Below, in pieces: positions 14,087 to 25,536 of a stretch of DNA of 64,000 bases. The position numbers and the translations under genes are program-made. The notes under the pieces were generated by a model that was not told the DNA's origin, did no database searches, and saw only the letters and a program-made list of their open reading frames with translations. Positions within the stretch are counted from its first letter, which is position 1. Each line of letters starts with the position of its first letter. The DNA is taken from assembly GCA_032718475.1 (NCBI GenBank), contig JAUCBJ010008896.1:202330-266329 (forward strand). Direction: 5' to 3'. This stretch comes from Nemertoderma westbladi. Lineage: Eukaryota; Animalia; Xenacoelomorpha.

Positions 14087-15031
14087 CTAGTTCGCTCCTC
14101 CCGTCTTTGGGAACCATCTCAGTTCCTTCCCTCTGTTGTCGTCCTGTCTCGGTCGCTTCCTTGTTGTCGTCGCTTCCTTGTTCTTATCCTCCTTAAGGCT
14201 CCTCATTCTCGCCGTTACCTCCTTGCTGATCCCCGTGGTCGATTCCTTGGGCGCTGGTGTTATTAGCTCCCGGTATCGCTTCGCAGGTGGCCCTTCTGAA
14301 TGCCCCTCCTGCTTCCCCCTAGTAGCGTCCCACAAGATCATCTTCATGGTCCGTGGCACATGCTCCGCCAGGAAATCTCTGAACTCTCCCCTGTTCTCTG
14401 GCGCCCATCTATCTAAATACCTCTGCGTATTGATGACTCCACCATACGATGCCGCCGTCGCTACTTCTTGATAAGTAAATGGAAGTCTCCTCTTAATGAT
14501 TTCCAGATGGGCCTCCTGGTTAATATTGAATAAACCCCAACGGAACTCCTGGGCCTTCATTCTCTGCCGCGTCATGACGCTGACGTTGGCCCACTCCTCA
14601 AAGATCTTAAACTTCTCCTCATCGTCCATCCAGTCGCACTGGTGCCCATAGTGCCCCCGGAAGTTACACTTAGAACACCGGTTGTGTAACCACGGACACG
14701 CCCCCATCCTGTGACTCGACTCGCGGCAGTAGAGGCAACTCGTCCCCTTCTGGAATCGATACAAACAGCTCTTTTCCTGGTGAGTAAGCCTCCCGCAGTA
14801 ATCGCAGCCGTGTATCAACACATCCCGCCCCAAGTTGTCTTTTGCCCCAAGCGGTCTCCTAGGTCTATGGAGCCGTTGGTAAGCAAACTTCTGGACGTTA
14901 ACGTCTCTGTCCATATCTACGTCCTCGTCTCGCCTTGGCATCGTCTCTCCAAACACTACACTGTGGTGCCGTTCCTGGTTGCTCGCCCAACCTGATGGTG
15001 CTCCCCGCGAAATCCATCGTCGGCTCTTCAT
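14087..15031 (-). CDS. Protein with three CCHC zinc knuckles (extra ORF of the BEL element; possibly fused to the upstream exonuclease)
   Basis: CDYCGRLTHQEKSC, CLYCRESSHRMGAC and CSKCNFRGHYGHQC, each C-x2-C-x4-H-x4-C. Confidence 0.75.
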   Translation of the reverse strand: MKSRRWISRGAPSGWASNQERHHSVVFGETMPRRDEDVDMDRDVNVQKFAYQRLHRPRRPLGAKDNLGRDVLIHGCDYCGRLTHQEKSCLYRFQKGTSCLYCRESSHRMGACPWLHNRCSKCNFRGHYGHQCDWMDDEEKFKIFEEWANVSVMTRQRMKAQEFRWGLFNINQEAHLEIIKRRLPFTYQEVATAASYGGVINTQRYLDRWAPENRGEFRDFLAEHVPRTMKMILWDATRGKQEGHSEGPPAKRYRELITPAPKESTTGISKEVTARMRSLKEDKNKEATTTRKRPRQDDNRGKELRWFPKTGGAN

Positions 15032-16665
15032 GCACCCAGGCCCGCTTGCCGGGTTTATCCCAGAAGGCCCTCGCCCCGCTGGCCGTCACCACTCCCCCGC
15101 CAACCCAGTCCGTGTCTGAGTGGCCGATCCTCTCGATGGGCGGCATCTCCACGAACTCGTCGTCATCCTCATCCCCCGCTGGGAGTGGATCCAAACCCGG
15201 TATCCCGGCAGACCCACTGTGTCCCTTCCCACCTTGGCTCTTGCCCGTAACTTTCCATCCTTCCAGTTCTCTCGGTCTCTTTCTCGCGAAATCGCCCTCA
15301 GAGCCCGCTGGCATGGGCATCGCTTGCAATCCTGATGTTATCTGTTTCGGCGATTCTTCCGTCCATTCTAGCTCCTGCCCCAGAGACTCACCCGAGCTCC
15401 CTGATCCCCACCGTAACTTGTCCAAGTTCTGGGCCTCGAACCCGTAGTCCTCTTCTCTAGCTTCCGCCTCTCTTTCGTCTGCCTCCCTCCTTTCTCGCCT
15501 GGCGATTTCTTCCAATCGCTTCTCCTCTAGTCTATCCACCTCTAGATTCTCCCACCTCTGATATGGCGTATCCACCTCCCTGTCTACTAGATATCGGCAG
15601 TTATAGTATACCGACTCGCCCTTCAGCCCCGGGTGGTCTGCCAGACCCTCAAAGGCCACCTTGAAGGCTCTTCTGTAGTTCAGGGGTGATCCCGACAGCA
15701 GAAATGCCGTTGGCTCTCTTCCGATAACCAAGGCCATGAATAGGTTTAGTAAACCTATCATTATCCAATCCTCCTGCAGGATATATTGCTTCTGATATAT
15801 CTTTATCACTCCTCTCCAGAATTGATACACCTCCTGTTTCCCTGGCCTCGCTCCCCACTTCAGCGAGTTCGCCAACTCCGCTCTGTACTCCTCCCTGAAT
15901 TTACCCCAGTCCATCGGCTTGTGGCAGACGAGCCCCATGAGCTGGCCCATCGCCACTGCTCCGCAATGTCCTGTATTCTCTACCAATCCCAACCCGGCTG
16001 GCCCTGTCATGGCCATGTAGACCGTTTGCATGTCCAGGAGGTTGGGGGTCTCCGGTCCGACGATCCTCTCCGCATCGTCGCGGATCGCCGATCCCACCTT
16101 CATCGTCGACTTGTCCCTCACTAGGTTCTGCACCGCCCTTGGCAACTGGTTCAACTTCGGCCCACTCTTCTTCCCATACGTTCCCAGATCAAACAGGAAT
16201 ATGTCCCCATTTGGCGCAGCCAAATGCAGAAGTATGGTCCTGGCCGAACCCGCCGACCCTCTTCTCAAACCCTCATCGTCTTCCATCGGTCCCTTCGTCG
16301 TCTAGGACCATGTATCCTCCCCTGCTGACAGACTCTACGAACCTCTTCCAGTCCTTTCTTGGTGATTCCCTCGGATACTTCGGTATCCCGAACTTCGCCT
16401 CGTCTCCCTTCACTACGTAATGGAAATGCTCGAGGATCGCGTTGTCTAGCGACGGCGTCCCGTAGGTCCCGACCAGCCTCCTCTCGTGCACCTCCCTGAA
16501 ATGGTCCTGCAGCGCTCGCGCCTTGTGACCCTTCTCTAACCGCTCGTAGTATCCCCTCGTCTTCTCCTCCGGATGCCTCTGGGTGAAATCTACTAGTATC
16601 TCCTTTCCACCTCTTTCCGCCTTTCTCTTCCTGACAAGTCTCTCCGCCATTACGAACTCTCCCAA
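14898..16665 (-). CDS. DEDDy (WRN/EXD/Mut-7-like) 3'-5' exonuclease-domain protein, one frameshift near 16285
   Basis: ExoI YMVLDDEG (end of the 16273-16665 ORF), then LLHLAAP..IFLFDL..LP..V..LV.D....KVGSAIRDD (ExoII), LLDMQ, W...IYQKQYILQED (ExoIII-like). Confidence 0.7.
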
Positions 16666-17099
16666 TCACTCACCCACAAGGTGGTGCCTTACCAAGGCTC
16701 AAAGTAGATGAGTGATGTAGTTAAGATGGTCTGTGCGGTCCGATAATGGCCTATCTCTCTCAGAACACTAGGTTTTATGTTATATTTCACCTATGTACCC
16801 ACCAAAGTACTAAATTTTCCTAAATTCCCTAAATCTGTCAGTTGCTTTTATTATGTTCTAGAATTTTCTGCCTACTGTTACCATAATTTGTTGAATTTTA
16901 TTTTAATACTAATTTTTAATCCTACTACTGTGCTATTGATACTCATAATGGATTATTTTTGTCTAAATAACCCCTATGGTTTGCATACAGGGTAGACTAG
17001 CTATTCCCTACTGTGCTAGTCCGCACCAGGTAACCTCCTGGCCCTGTATCAAACATTCTGACCTATTCTATGGGCTGCGCAGTACAGTAGTCTGTCTCG

Positions 17100-17510
17100 T
17101 ACTACCAGTACTCTACTAACGGTACTACGTACCCTCTTACACTCTAACTCTACTAACGGTACTACGTACCCTCCTACTCTCTAACTCTTACTAATGGTAC
17201 TACCTACCCTCTTACACTCTAACTCTTACTAACGGTACTACGTACCCTCTTACTCTCTAACTCTTACTAACGGTACTACGTACCCTCTTACTCTCTAACT
17301 CTTACTAACGGTACTATGTACCCTCTTACTCTCTAACTCTTAGTAACGGTACTACGTACCCTCTTACTCTATAATTCTTACTAACGGAACTACGTACCCT
17401 CTCATTCTCTAACTCTTACTAACGGTACTACGTACCCTCTTACACTCTAACTCTTACTAACTCTTACTAATGGTACTGCATACCCTCTTAATCTCTAACT
17501 CTTACTAACT
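17100..17510 (-). repeat. ~38-bp tandem array with ~10 GGTAC-x3-GTACC hairpin units
   Basis: Repeated ctcttactaacggtactacgtaccctcttactctctaa; homologous to 49870-50275. Confidence 0.9.
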
Positions 17511-17678
17511 TCTATCTGCCTACTTACTTACTACTACGTACTGTCTACTATTACTTTCTCTTTCTAACTTTCTACTATTTTATTATTTTTTTTTTATTTT
17601 TTTTTTTATATTTTGTGTGGGAAGGGCGTCTCGCCCTCAATCCCACCCCCCTCAGTCCAACACTTGGACGACTAAACT

Positions 17679-19018
17679 TTATGGTGCCCCTTCTAGTAGG
17701 CAGCACTTTCCCACAGCCCTCCTGTAGGTCTTCCTATCCTTTGCTCCTATCTTACCCCCTATCCGCACTTCCACCGATCGGACTCTTCTGTCCTCGTTGG
17801 GGTAAGTGTCTACTACTCTTGCTAGCCTCCACTGATTGTTGATGATTGCGTCGTCAGTGACGATCACTAAATCACCTTTCTTTAACTCTCTAGTGATGTT
17901 TCTCCACTTACTCCTCCTGTGTAATGTGGGTAGGTATTCCTCGACCCACCTCCTCCAGTACTCTGCGCTTATCGCCTTGGCGACTTTCCAACTCTGGCGG
18001 GAGTGTATGTCATCTGGGTCTACACCCTTCATGTCGATGGTCGCCGGCCTTTCCATCAGAAAGTGGCTCGGTGTTAGCACGTCTAGTGATTCCGGGTCGT
18101 CATTCTCTGGATATAGCGGTCTGCTATTAATGATTCCCTCACACCTAGCTAGCACCATTCTTAGAATGTCCTCTGTCACCATGTGGGTGTTCATCAACTT
18201 CGTCATCAGACGCTTGGAACTACCCACAAGTCTCTCGACGCATCCTAATGTATGTGACGCATACAGCGTCCTCCTTTCCCACTTCACCTGTCGTCTCCTC
18301 ATGGCTGCCCTGACCTCTTCTCCTTCTAGGATGTCCAAGGCCTCCGCCAACTCGTTCTCCACCCCCACAAAGTTGGTTCCATTGTCGGAATAGATCACTG
18401 CGATCGTCCCACCTTTGCGGTCTCTAAATCTCTCTAAGGCATTGATGAATCCCGATGCCGTAGCGTCCTGGGCGAGTTCTATTCCTACCGCCCTCGTGTT
18501 GTTACATACGAAGATGATGCCGTATCGTTTCTCCATGTGTCGCATCACCTTGATCTTAATCGGCCCAAACATGTCTACTCCGCAGTGCGTGAATGGCGGG
18601 TCATGCTGTCTCACCCTACTGGCCGGTAATGCATCTCCTGTACGGCCCTCTCCTTTCTCTTCCGTCGGCAGGTCTGGCATTGCCCCACTACCGCCTTCAC
18701 CTTCTTTCTTAGCTTCGCGAGCCAGAAGGTCCTCCGTATCTCTGTGTGGGTCTGGTTGGTGCCTCCGTGCAATATCGACTTGTGGGAGTCCCAAATGATC
18801 TGGTGGACTATCAGCGATCTGTTGGGGATGATAATGGGTTTTGGTGGGTTGATAAGGCTGTTGTTATTCAGCACTCTGGAGTTCATCACCAGAATCCCGT
18901 CATCATTGAGTTGTGGTGACAGCGTGATGAGCTCGCTGTCCCGACGAAGATGTTGCTGCTTGCTAACTCGATCCACTTCGTCGCAGCAGTTCTTTCTCTG
19001 TTCGTACCGTATCACGGC
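17679..19018 (-). pseudogene. BEL/Pao integrase (frameshift ~18610)
   Basis: H..HGG..CQTC (HHCC), PFTHCGVDMFGP, SDNGTNFVG, GCVERLVG, INSRPL, LTPSHFL, YWRRW..EYL, WRLARV. Confidence 0.92.
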
Positions 19019-19020
19019 CT

Positions 19021-19562
19021 AAACCACAGCCACAGCCACAGCCACAACCACAGCCACAACCACAACCACAGCCACAGCCACAACCACAGCCACAGCCACA
19101 ACCACAACCACAACCACAACCACAACCACAGCCACAGCCACAACCACAGCCACAGCCACAACCACAGCCACAACCACAGCCACAGCCACAACCACAGCCA
19201 CAGCCACAACCACAACCACAACCACAGCCACAGCCACAACCACAGCCACAGCCACAACCACAGCCACAACCACAGCCACAGCCACAACCACAGCCACAAC
19301 CACAACCACAGCCACAGCCACAACCATAGCCACAACCATAGCCACAACCACAGCCACAGCCACAACCACAACCACAACCACAGCCACAGCCACGGCCACA
19401 GCCACAGCCACAGCCACAGCCACAACCACAACCACAGCCACAGCCACAACCACAGCCACAACCACAACCACAGCCACAGCCCCACAACCACAGCCACAAC
19501 CACAGCCACAACCACAGCCACAACCACAACCACAGCCACAGCCATAGCCCCAACCACAACCA
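19021..19562 (+). repeat. (CCACAG/CCACAA)n hexamer microsatellite
   Basis: Direct inspection. Confidence 0.95.
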
Positions 19563-19960
19563 CTTCCTAGCTCTAGACTGAATCTAGTGTACACTAGCTT
19601 TGACTCTCCCAGCTATAGTGATAGTATGCAACCTTGGGAGTTAATGTGCGGTCTTATGAGTAAAGGGCAAGAGATTAGACTTCATGTTGCCTCCATTGAT
19701 TCACTCTTCTTAACTTTATAAAATAACTCCACCCTTATTTAAAGTTTTAAAAGTTATGACTTAGTCGACTAATTTTCCAAAATATATTATAAAAAACATA
19801 TAATTTCTTGAATAAATAGACCTAATAGCAATAAATATTGTTGGCAAATACATTTATAATACTAATATAATAATTAAGGATAAATACTCCTAATACCAAT
19901 ATAATTGTTATGGATAAATAGTTCTAATACTATTATGAAAGGAACTCAAACAAACAAATG

Positions 19961-21025
19961 TCAATAGTGTCCTCCTGCGCGGGCATATACTGTACGAGAG
20001 TTTTTCATCATAGGTCTTCGAAAATAAGTAAAAGCTGGTTGATTTTCTTTACTTTCATCTTCCTCATTAACCAACTGTTTCTTAATTTTATTCAATTGTT
20101 CATTAATTTTCAGTAATTTACTTTTATTTCCCAGAACCTGTCTTAATATCTCTTCTCTATTTTCCTCATTTTCTTCCATTTGTTTAATAAATTTCCGCAT
20201 TTGATTTTTGTTTCCTAATATTTGTCTCAATATCTCTTCTTTATTTTCATCATTCTCTTCTAAATGTTTAATAAATTTCTGTAATTTAATTTTACTTCCT
20301 AGAACTTGGGTCAATGTCACCTCTTTATTTTCTTCATTTTCCTTCAAATGTTTAATAATTTTCCGCAATTTATTCTTATTTCCAAGTAATTGTCTCAATA
20401 TTTCCTTATTATTATCATTTTCATCATCTTCTTCACTTTCCTGACCTTCACTTTCTTCGTCCTCTTCCTGACCTTCACTTTCTTCGTCCTCTTCCTGACC
20501 TTCACTTTCTTCATCCTCTTTCTGACCTTCACTTTCGTCATCCTCTTCCTGTTCTTCACTTTCTTCATCCTCTTCCTGTTCTTCATTTTCTTCATTCTCT
20601 TCCTGACCTTCGCTTTCTTCACCCTCTTCCTGACCTTCACTTTCTTCGTCATCTTCTGACCTTCATTCTCAACCTCACTCTCTTCAACTTCATCCTGACC
20701 CTCACTATTTTCATTCTCCATCTCATCGTCCTCTTCTTCTTCATCTTCCTCACTCAAATTTTCATCATTTTCTAGGGGTAACTGTTTTTGTATCCCTTTC
20801 AAAATATTCATAACTTTATGAAATTTATTTTCCATTGTCTGTTTTATCTTTAATATATCACGCTCAACTCTCTTTTTCTTTTCTCTTCATAAAAATATCT
20901 CGGATTTTTTAATTTCTTTGGTAATGGTCCATTACACCTTCCTTTCTATGTATACTCATATGGCGGGATATACTGTCTCGTCTCATTTCTTTATTACAAA
21001 CCAAACATCTTTCATAACTAGGCAT
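19961..21025 (-). pseudogene. Zn-finger + acidic/coiled-coil protein, paralog of 24602-25246
   Basis: Starts atgcctagttatgaaagatgtttggtttgt (MPSYERCLVC); near-identical to the 24602 start; frameshifted; repeated ILRQ.LGNK.KL.K units. Confidence 0.75.
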
Positions 21026-21271
21026 TATATAGCAATGTCAATTGATATTATGAATTTTCGCTGAATGATTTTACAAAATTTTAAATAAATAAAACTTTTA
21101 TGAAAATAAATAAAACTTTTAAAAATAAAAATTAGAGAATGAATGGGAATGCGGTGAATGGGGGCTATTATAGAGGGAGGCTAGAATGGAGTTGTGAAAA
21201 AAGAATAATCTATTGTAAACCAGATGTTTCTTGAATTTTTCTCAGGCGTATTTGTCAATAAAGTGGGTGAA

Positions 21272-21480
21272 GGTTGTGGTTGTGGCTGTGGCTGTGGCTG
21301 TGGCTGTGGCTGTGGCTGTGGCTGTGGCTGTGGCTGTGGCTGTGGCTGTGGCTGTGGTTGTGGCTGTGGTTCTGGCTGTGGTTCTGGCTGTGGCTGTGGC
21401 TGTGGTTGTAGTTGTGGCTGTGGCTGTGGTTGTGGCTGTGGTTGTTGCTGTGGTTGTGGCTGTGGCTGTGGCTGTGGTTT
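21272..21480 (+). repeat. (TGTGGC)n microsatellite, inverted relative to 19021-19562
   Basis: Direct inspection. Confidence 0.95.
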
Positions 21481-21979
21481 AGTTAGGATGGGAAATGGGG
21501 TGATTTGAGAAGCAGGGAGTGCGCTGGAGAAAAGTGCGTGTAATGAATGGGCTGCTGCGTCAAAATGGGTATGTTAATTAATGTTATACTACAGTATCTG
21601 AACAAATATTTTAGGTATGGTATAGCAAGCATGAGGGGTTATGCATTACTTCAAACATAAAACTACAGTAACTAGTATAGAGATGGTTGGGGATTAATTT
21701 GACATATGGTATTTGGGTACTGGCTTTGTCGTTGAGCTAATACTTGGAGTGTGCGGTTGGGCGCGCAGGCTGCTTCGCAACACAATGTGAAAGAATGCAA
21801 TCTATTGCAAGACCAGATGTTTATTATAATTTTCTTAGGCGAATTGACAATGGTCTGACATGATAACGAAGCTGGAGGTTTAAATAATTTAAAATGTGTG
21901 CAACCCCATGTTGGCATGCAGTATAACTCAACATGGGATTCAGTGGGATGCTTAATCCTTCACGCATGCCATACCAAAA

Positions 21980-22070
21980 ACTATGTCCTGTTTGAAATGT
22001 TAAGGTGGACCTTTCTATATAAATAAAACCATGTAAAGTTAGATCATTATCTCTAAAAAACATTAAGTGA
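21980..22070 (+). promoter_or_regulatory. Conserved TATA-containing upstream block of the GTSF1-like genes
   Basis: tgtttg..aatgttaaggtgga..tttctatataaataaaa..ca.gtaaagtta.atc lies ~100-130 bp upstream of all three ATGs (also reverse complement at ~32545-32620 and ~33305-33390). Confidence 0.65.
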
Positions 22071-22125
22071 AGTTTTTCAAAGTTTTTTTTAAAGTAAATC
22101 TTACTAAATTTGTCTTTTTGTTACT

Positions 22126-22413
22126 ATGGAGTACTTTATTTGCCCCTATGATGCCACGCACCGGATTCATTCGGAGAAATACGTCAAACATCTAAGAAAA
22201 TGCCGCAAGAACTTTCCTGGCCAAAAAATGGTACAGTGTCCCTTTGAAGTTGCGCATAGCTTTAGAGAAGCCGAAAGGGAACATCATCTACAATTTTGTG
22301 AATACAGAAATAGGAGCTCCATTTTTGAGAAATTAAAAGAAGAGAAAAAAGTGGAGAAGAAAGGAGAAGAAATTGAATGTCCGGCGGCATGGGGAGAAGA
22401 GGTGTGGGATTGA
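22126..22413 (+). CDS. Gtsf1: GTSF1/Asterix-like double CHHC zinc-finger protein, 95 aa
   Basis: CPYDATH-x9-H-LRK-CRKNFP and CPFEVAH-x9-H-LQF-C; C-terminus AAWGEEVWD; intronless and intact. Confidence 0.88.
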   Translation: MEYFICPYDATHRIHSEKYVKHLRKCRKNFPGQKMVQCPFEVAHSFREAEREHHLQFCEYRNRSSIFEKLKEEKKVEKKGEEIECPAAWGEEVWD

Positions 22414-22775
22414 TGTGATGATGCGATTCTCCGCACCCTAGTATAAATTGTTATGTAATTATTATTGGTGTATAAATTGTATGTACTTGGCGATTAATAA
22501 TTGGTGCAGCCATGTATATTGTATTATTGTTCCTATTGTATTGCATATTTCATCTGCTGTAGTACAATCTATTCAACTCGCGTCCCTATCTGATTGATTT
22601 ATGTCAAATTAAATTGCCTTTGGCAACATTATTTGATACAAATCGATTGATTAAACAATTAATTAATTGTTTAATCGACCAATTAATTAATTGTTTAATT
22701 AATTAATGACCTACTTAACACCCAAGGTGTGAAGTTGGACCAAACTGTCGCCGAGGATGGCAAACCATTACTACT

Positions 22776-23333
22776 TATAGGGTATCTCGTCTTCTCATTG
22801 TGCAGCCACCCAAGCACTACCATGGCAGTAGTGTGTCTCCACTATGTTGGGTATAGTTTCCATCAAGTAGGCTGTGGCTCTTACTCCTAATCTTGCAGCT
22901 TATATGCTTTCTTAAGTATCTGTTTCCCCTTGACTAACAGTGGGGATGCTAGGCCTAAGGGATCGTATATCATGCTATGTACAATACATAGCCCCTCTTT
23001 GTGTGGATCTCCGTGCCCTCCTGGCTCAGTTGGTACTGGAACTCGTCTGTCTCCCGGTTCCACACGATCCCCAGCGCCTTCTGCTGAGACTCCACTCTCT
23101 TGTCCACCATGTCCTGTCCCTTGGCTGTCATGGGGTTGTCCATGGTCGACTCTGGCTGCCTGTCCTCTATGGCTTTCATAAACTCCTCTGAGCTGGACTG
23201 AAACTTGGTCAGGTTAAATCCGGATCCTTTCAGGATGTCGCGAACCTCGCGCCCTGTAATAATTTCTTTAACCGTATTTCCAGATTCCATCCCGTCGTCT
23301 ACATAGAAGCCGCGTCGAATAATATCGATCGCT
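22776..23333 (-). pseudogene. BEL/Pao RT to RNase H fragment
   Basis: GFYVDDGMESG, GFNLTKFQSS, KALGIVWN..D, YDPLG, VVLGWL. Confidence 0.85.
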
Positions 23334-23936
23334 TTGAGCAGGGGGGCCCATATCGAGCGGGGCCCAAAACATAAATTACCCTTTCAGGAAAATACGTGGG
23401 CCAGTTTGGCCCTTTCTCAGTCCCCGAATAATCTGAGGAGCAAGACTAATCCCTTTGAATCTTGTATGTCAACGGTAGGTGGGGATTGCGCGAATTGTAA
23501 ATTATTTAAACCTCCAGCTTCGTTATTATGTAAGATTGGAAACCTTAGGTTTACATCTTACGCGCCAGCATTAACCCCAAATCACACATAGGCCAACTAC
23601 AACCTTGGGCCATATGAGGTTAGCTGAATGTGTGACACACTATTACCACTACTGTATCACTACTATAAACCCTATTACAGTACCAGAGCTACTGTAGTAG
23701 AGCTTGAAACTTTTTGAAGTAGGTTAGATCATGGAAGTTATGAATATGTTATGATTGATTAAGTTACGAGGTGGAGTGGGAAGGACTCTTATTGGTTAAT
23801 AAAAGTCTTTAAGTTCATTACAATTTTCCTCACCCATTATTATATTTAATTAAGATGTTTATAACTTTTTATTCTTTTTGATAGTAATTCTTATCCTGCT
23901 TATTATTTTTATAAATATTTTCTGATTCACTTGAAA

Positions 23937-24258
23937 ATGGACGGGTTTATTGTTGATTTTCAATACCATGTACTCAACGACTCATTTTATTCCGTAATAT
24001 TTAAAGAATTTATGGTTTATGATTGAAGATTGATTGAAGAATGAACTTAGAATAACTGCGCAACTACTGGAAATATTTGGAATAAATAAGAAATTCATTA
24101 ACCCTAAAGCAGATTGTCATTTCCACATTAATGCTAACTGTCCTTTTCACATTGACACTAGGGATGGTTGTATGAATTATTGTTCTGTCAAGCTAACTGT
24201 AGGGTTTGCAAATTATATTCTTAGATGGAAGGTGGATTCTTTTCTACAAAGAGTATAG
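23937..24258 (+). pseudogene. Polinton accessory DEDD-fold/Maelstrom-like remnant
   Basis: MDGFIVDFQY..IFKEF* then, in another frame, CPFHIDTRDGCMNYCS. The N-terminus is paralogous to 44931(-). Confidence 0.5.
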
Positions 24259-24601
24259 GATAAAGCTCTATTATTGTGAGGGCATCAAGGCATCAACTTA
24301 GTACCGCACCTCACTCCCTAATAAGGGAGTGAGGCAAGTCTCTTGTCATGTTTGCCTAACTTTGTGCCTCACTATACCATGCACAAACCTCACTTAATAA
24401 GCGATAACCTCCCATATATAAATTTCAATTATTAACATTAATCTTTAAACATTAAATTTGAACTATTAATAATGTTCCATCTTCTGATATATATTTACTG
24501 AGATTTATATTTGTAAGTGAATCCCTAGCTAAACAAACTGAAAATTTTGAAAAAATATAGCTGTAGACATTTAAAAACATAATACAGTTTTCTTTCATAA
24601 A

Positions 24602-25246
24602 ATGCCTAGCTATGAAAAATGCATGGTTTGTGATAAAGAATTGAGACGAGACAATATATCCCGCCATATGAGTATACATAGAAAGGAAGGTGTAATGGAA
24701 CCTTCTCCAAAGAAATTAAAAAATAATGATGATATTTTTAGTGAAGATGAGAACAAAAAGAGAGTTGAGAGTGACTTTCTAGAGATTAAATAAATGATGA
24801 AATATAAATTTGAGAAAATCATGAATATTTTGAAAAATATACAGAAACAGCCACCTAGTGAAAAGGATGATGAGAGTGAGGAAGATGATAAATCAGAGGA
24901 AAGTGAAAAGGTTGAGAATGATGAAACAGAGAGTGAGATAGAGGAAGAAGAAAATGAGAGTGGTGATGAACAAAATGAGAGCGAGAAAGAAGTCGAGGAA
25001 CATGAAAGTGGGGAGGAGAATGATGAGGAGATATTAAGACATGTATTAGGAATTAAAAATAAATTGCAGAAAATAATTAGACAATTGAATGAAATGCAGA
25101 AACATTCGCATAAGGAGAGTGATAATGATGGAAATGAGAGTGATGAGGATGAATTGGAGGAGAGTAATGCTGGTAGTGTAGAAGAAGCTGAGGAGAGTAG
25201 CGACGGCAGTGAGGAAGAATCAGAGGAGAATGACAATGAAAATTGA
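24602..25246 (+). pseudogene. C2H2-like finger + highly acidic protein (in-frame stop at ~24791)
   Basis: CMVC..RH..IH, KKLK NLS-like motif, D/E-rich tracts. Confidence 0.7.
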
Positions 25247-25536
25247 CAGAAAATCAGAGTAGGGAATGGAAAAGTTATATCTCCAGTAACTGTTGTATAC
25301 CGGCCTAGGAGTATGAACAGTCATACAGTTAATGCGAGACATTAATTATAACTGATTGTTTGAAATATTTATTATATTTAGTCGTATTAATTATGTAATT
25401 TCATAATAATATGTTTAATTAGACAAATAAAGTCAACTTGATCCTATTTTAAATGCATAATGAATGGGTAACCAAAACATCAAATTAGTTAACAAGACAG
25501 ATTTTGACAACAGATAAACAAATATTCTCCTGTGGG

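Larger units (their letters stand above)
19020..22775. mobile_element. Truncated sister copy of the Polinton-type TIR element inserted in BEL pol
   Basis: 22520-22775 matches the right TIR at ~33890-34157 and ends in ccattactact. 21610-21960 matches 33390-33710. Left end lost. Confidence 0.8.
12708..23333 (-). mobile_element. BEL/Pao LTR retrotransposon, 5'-truncated, with extra ORFs after integrase
   Basis: 3' LTR and PPT, integrase, RT/RNase H fragment. The 5' half is missing, together with ~250 bp of the host TIR. Confidence 0.88.

Noticed and set aside
18950-19594. His-rich, Cys-Gly and Trp-Leu ORFs
   Set aside because: Translations of a hexamer microsatellite that is open in most frames.
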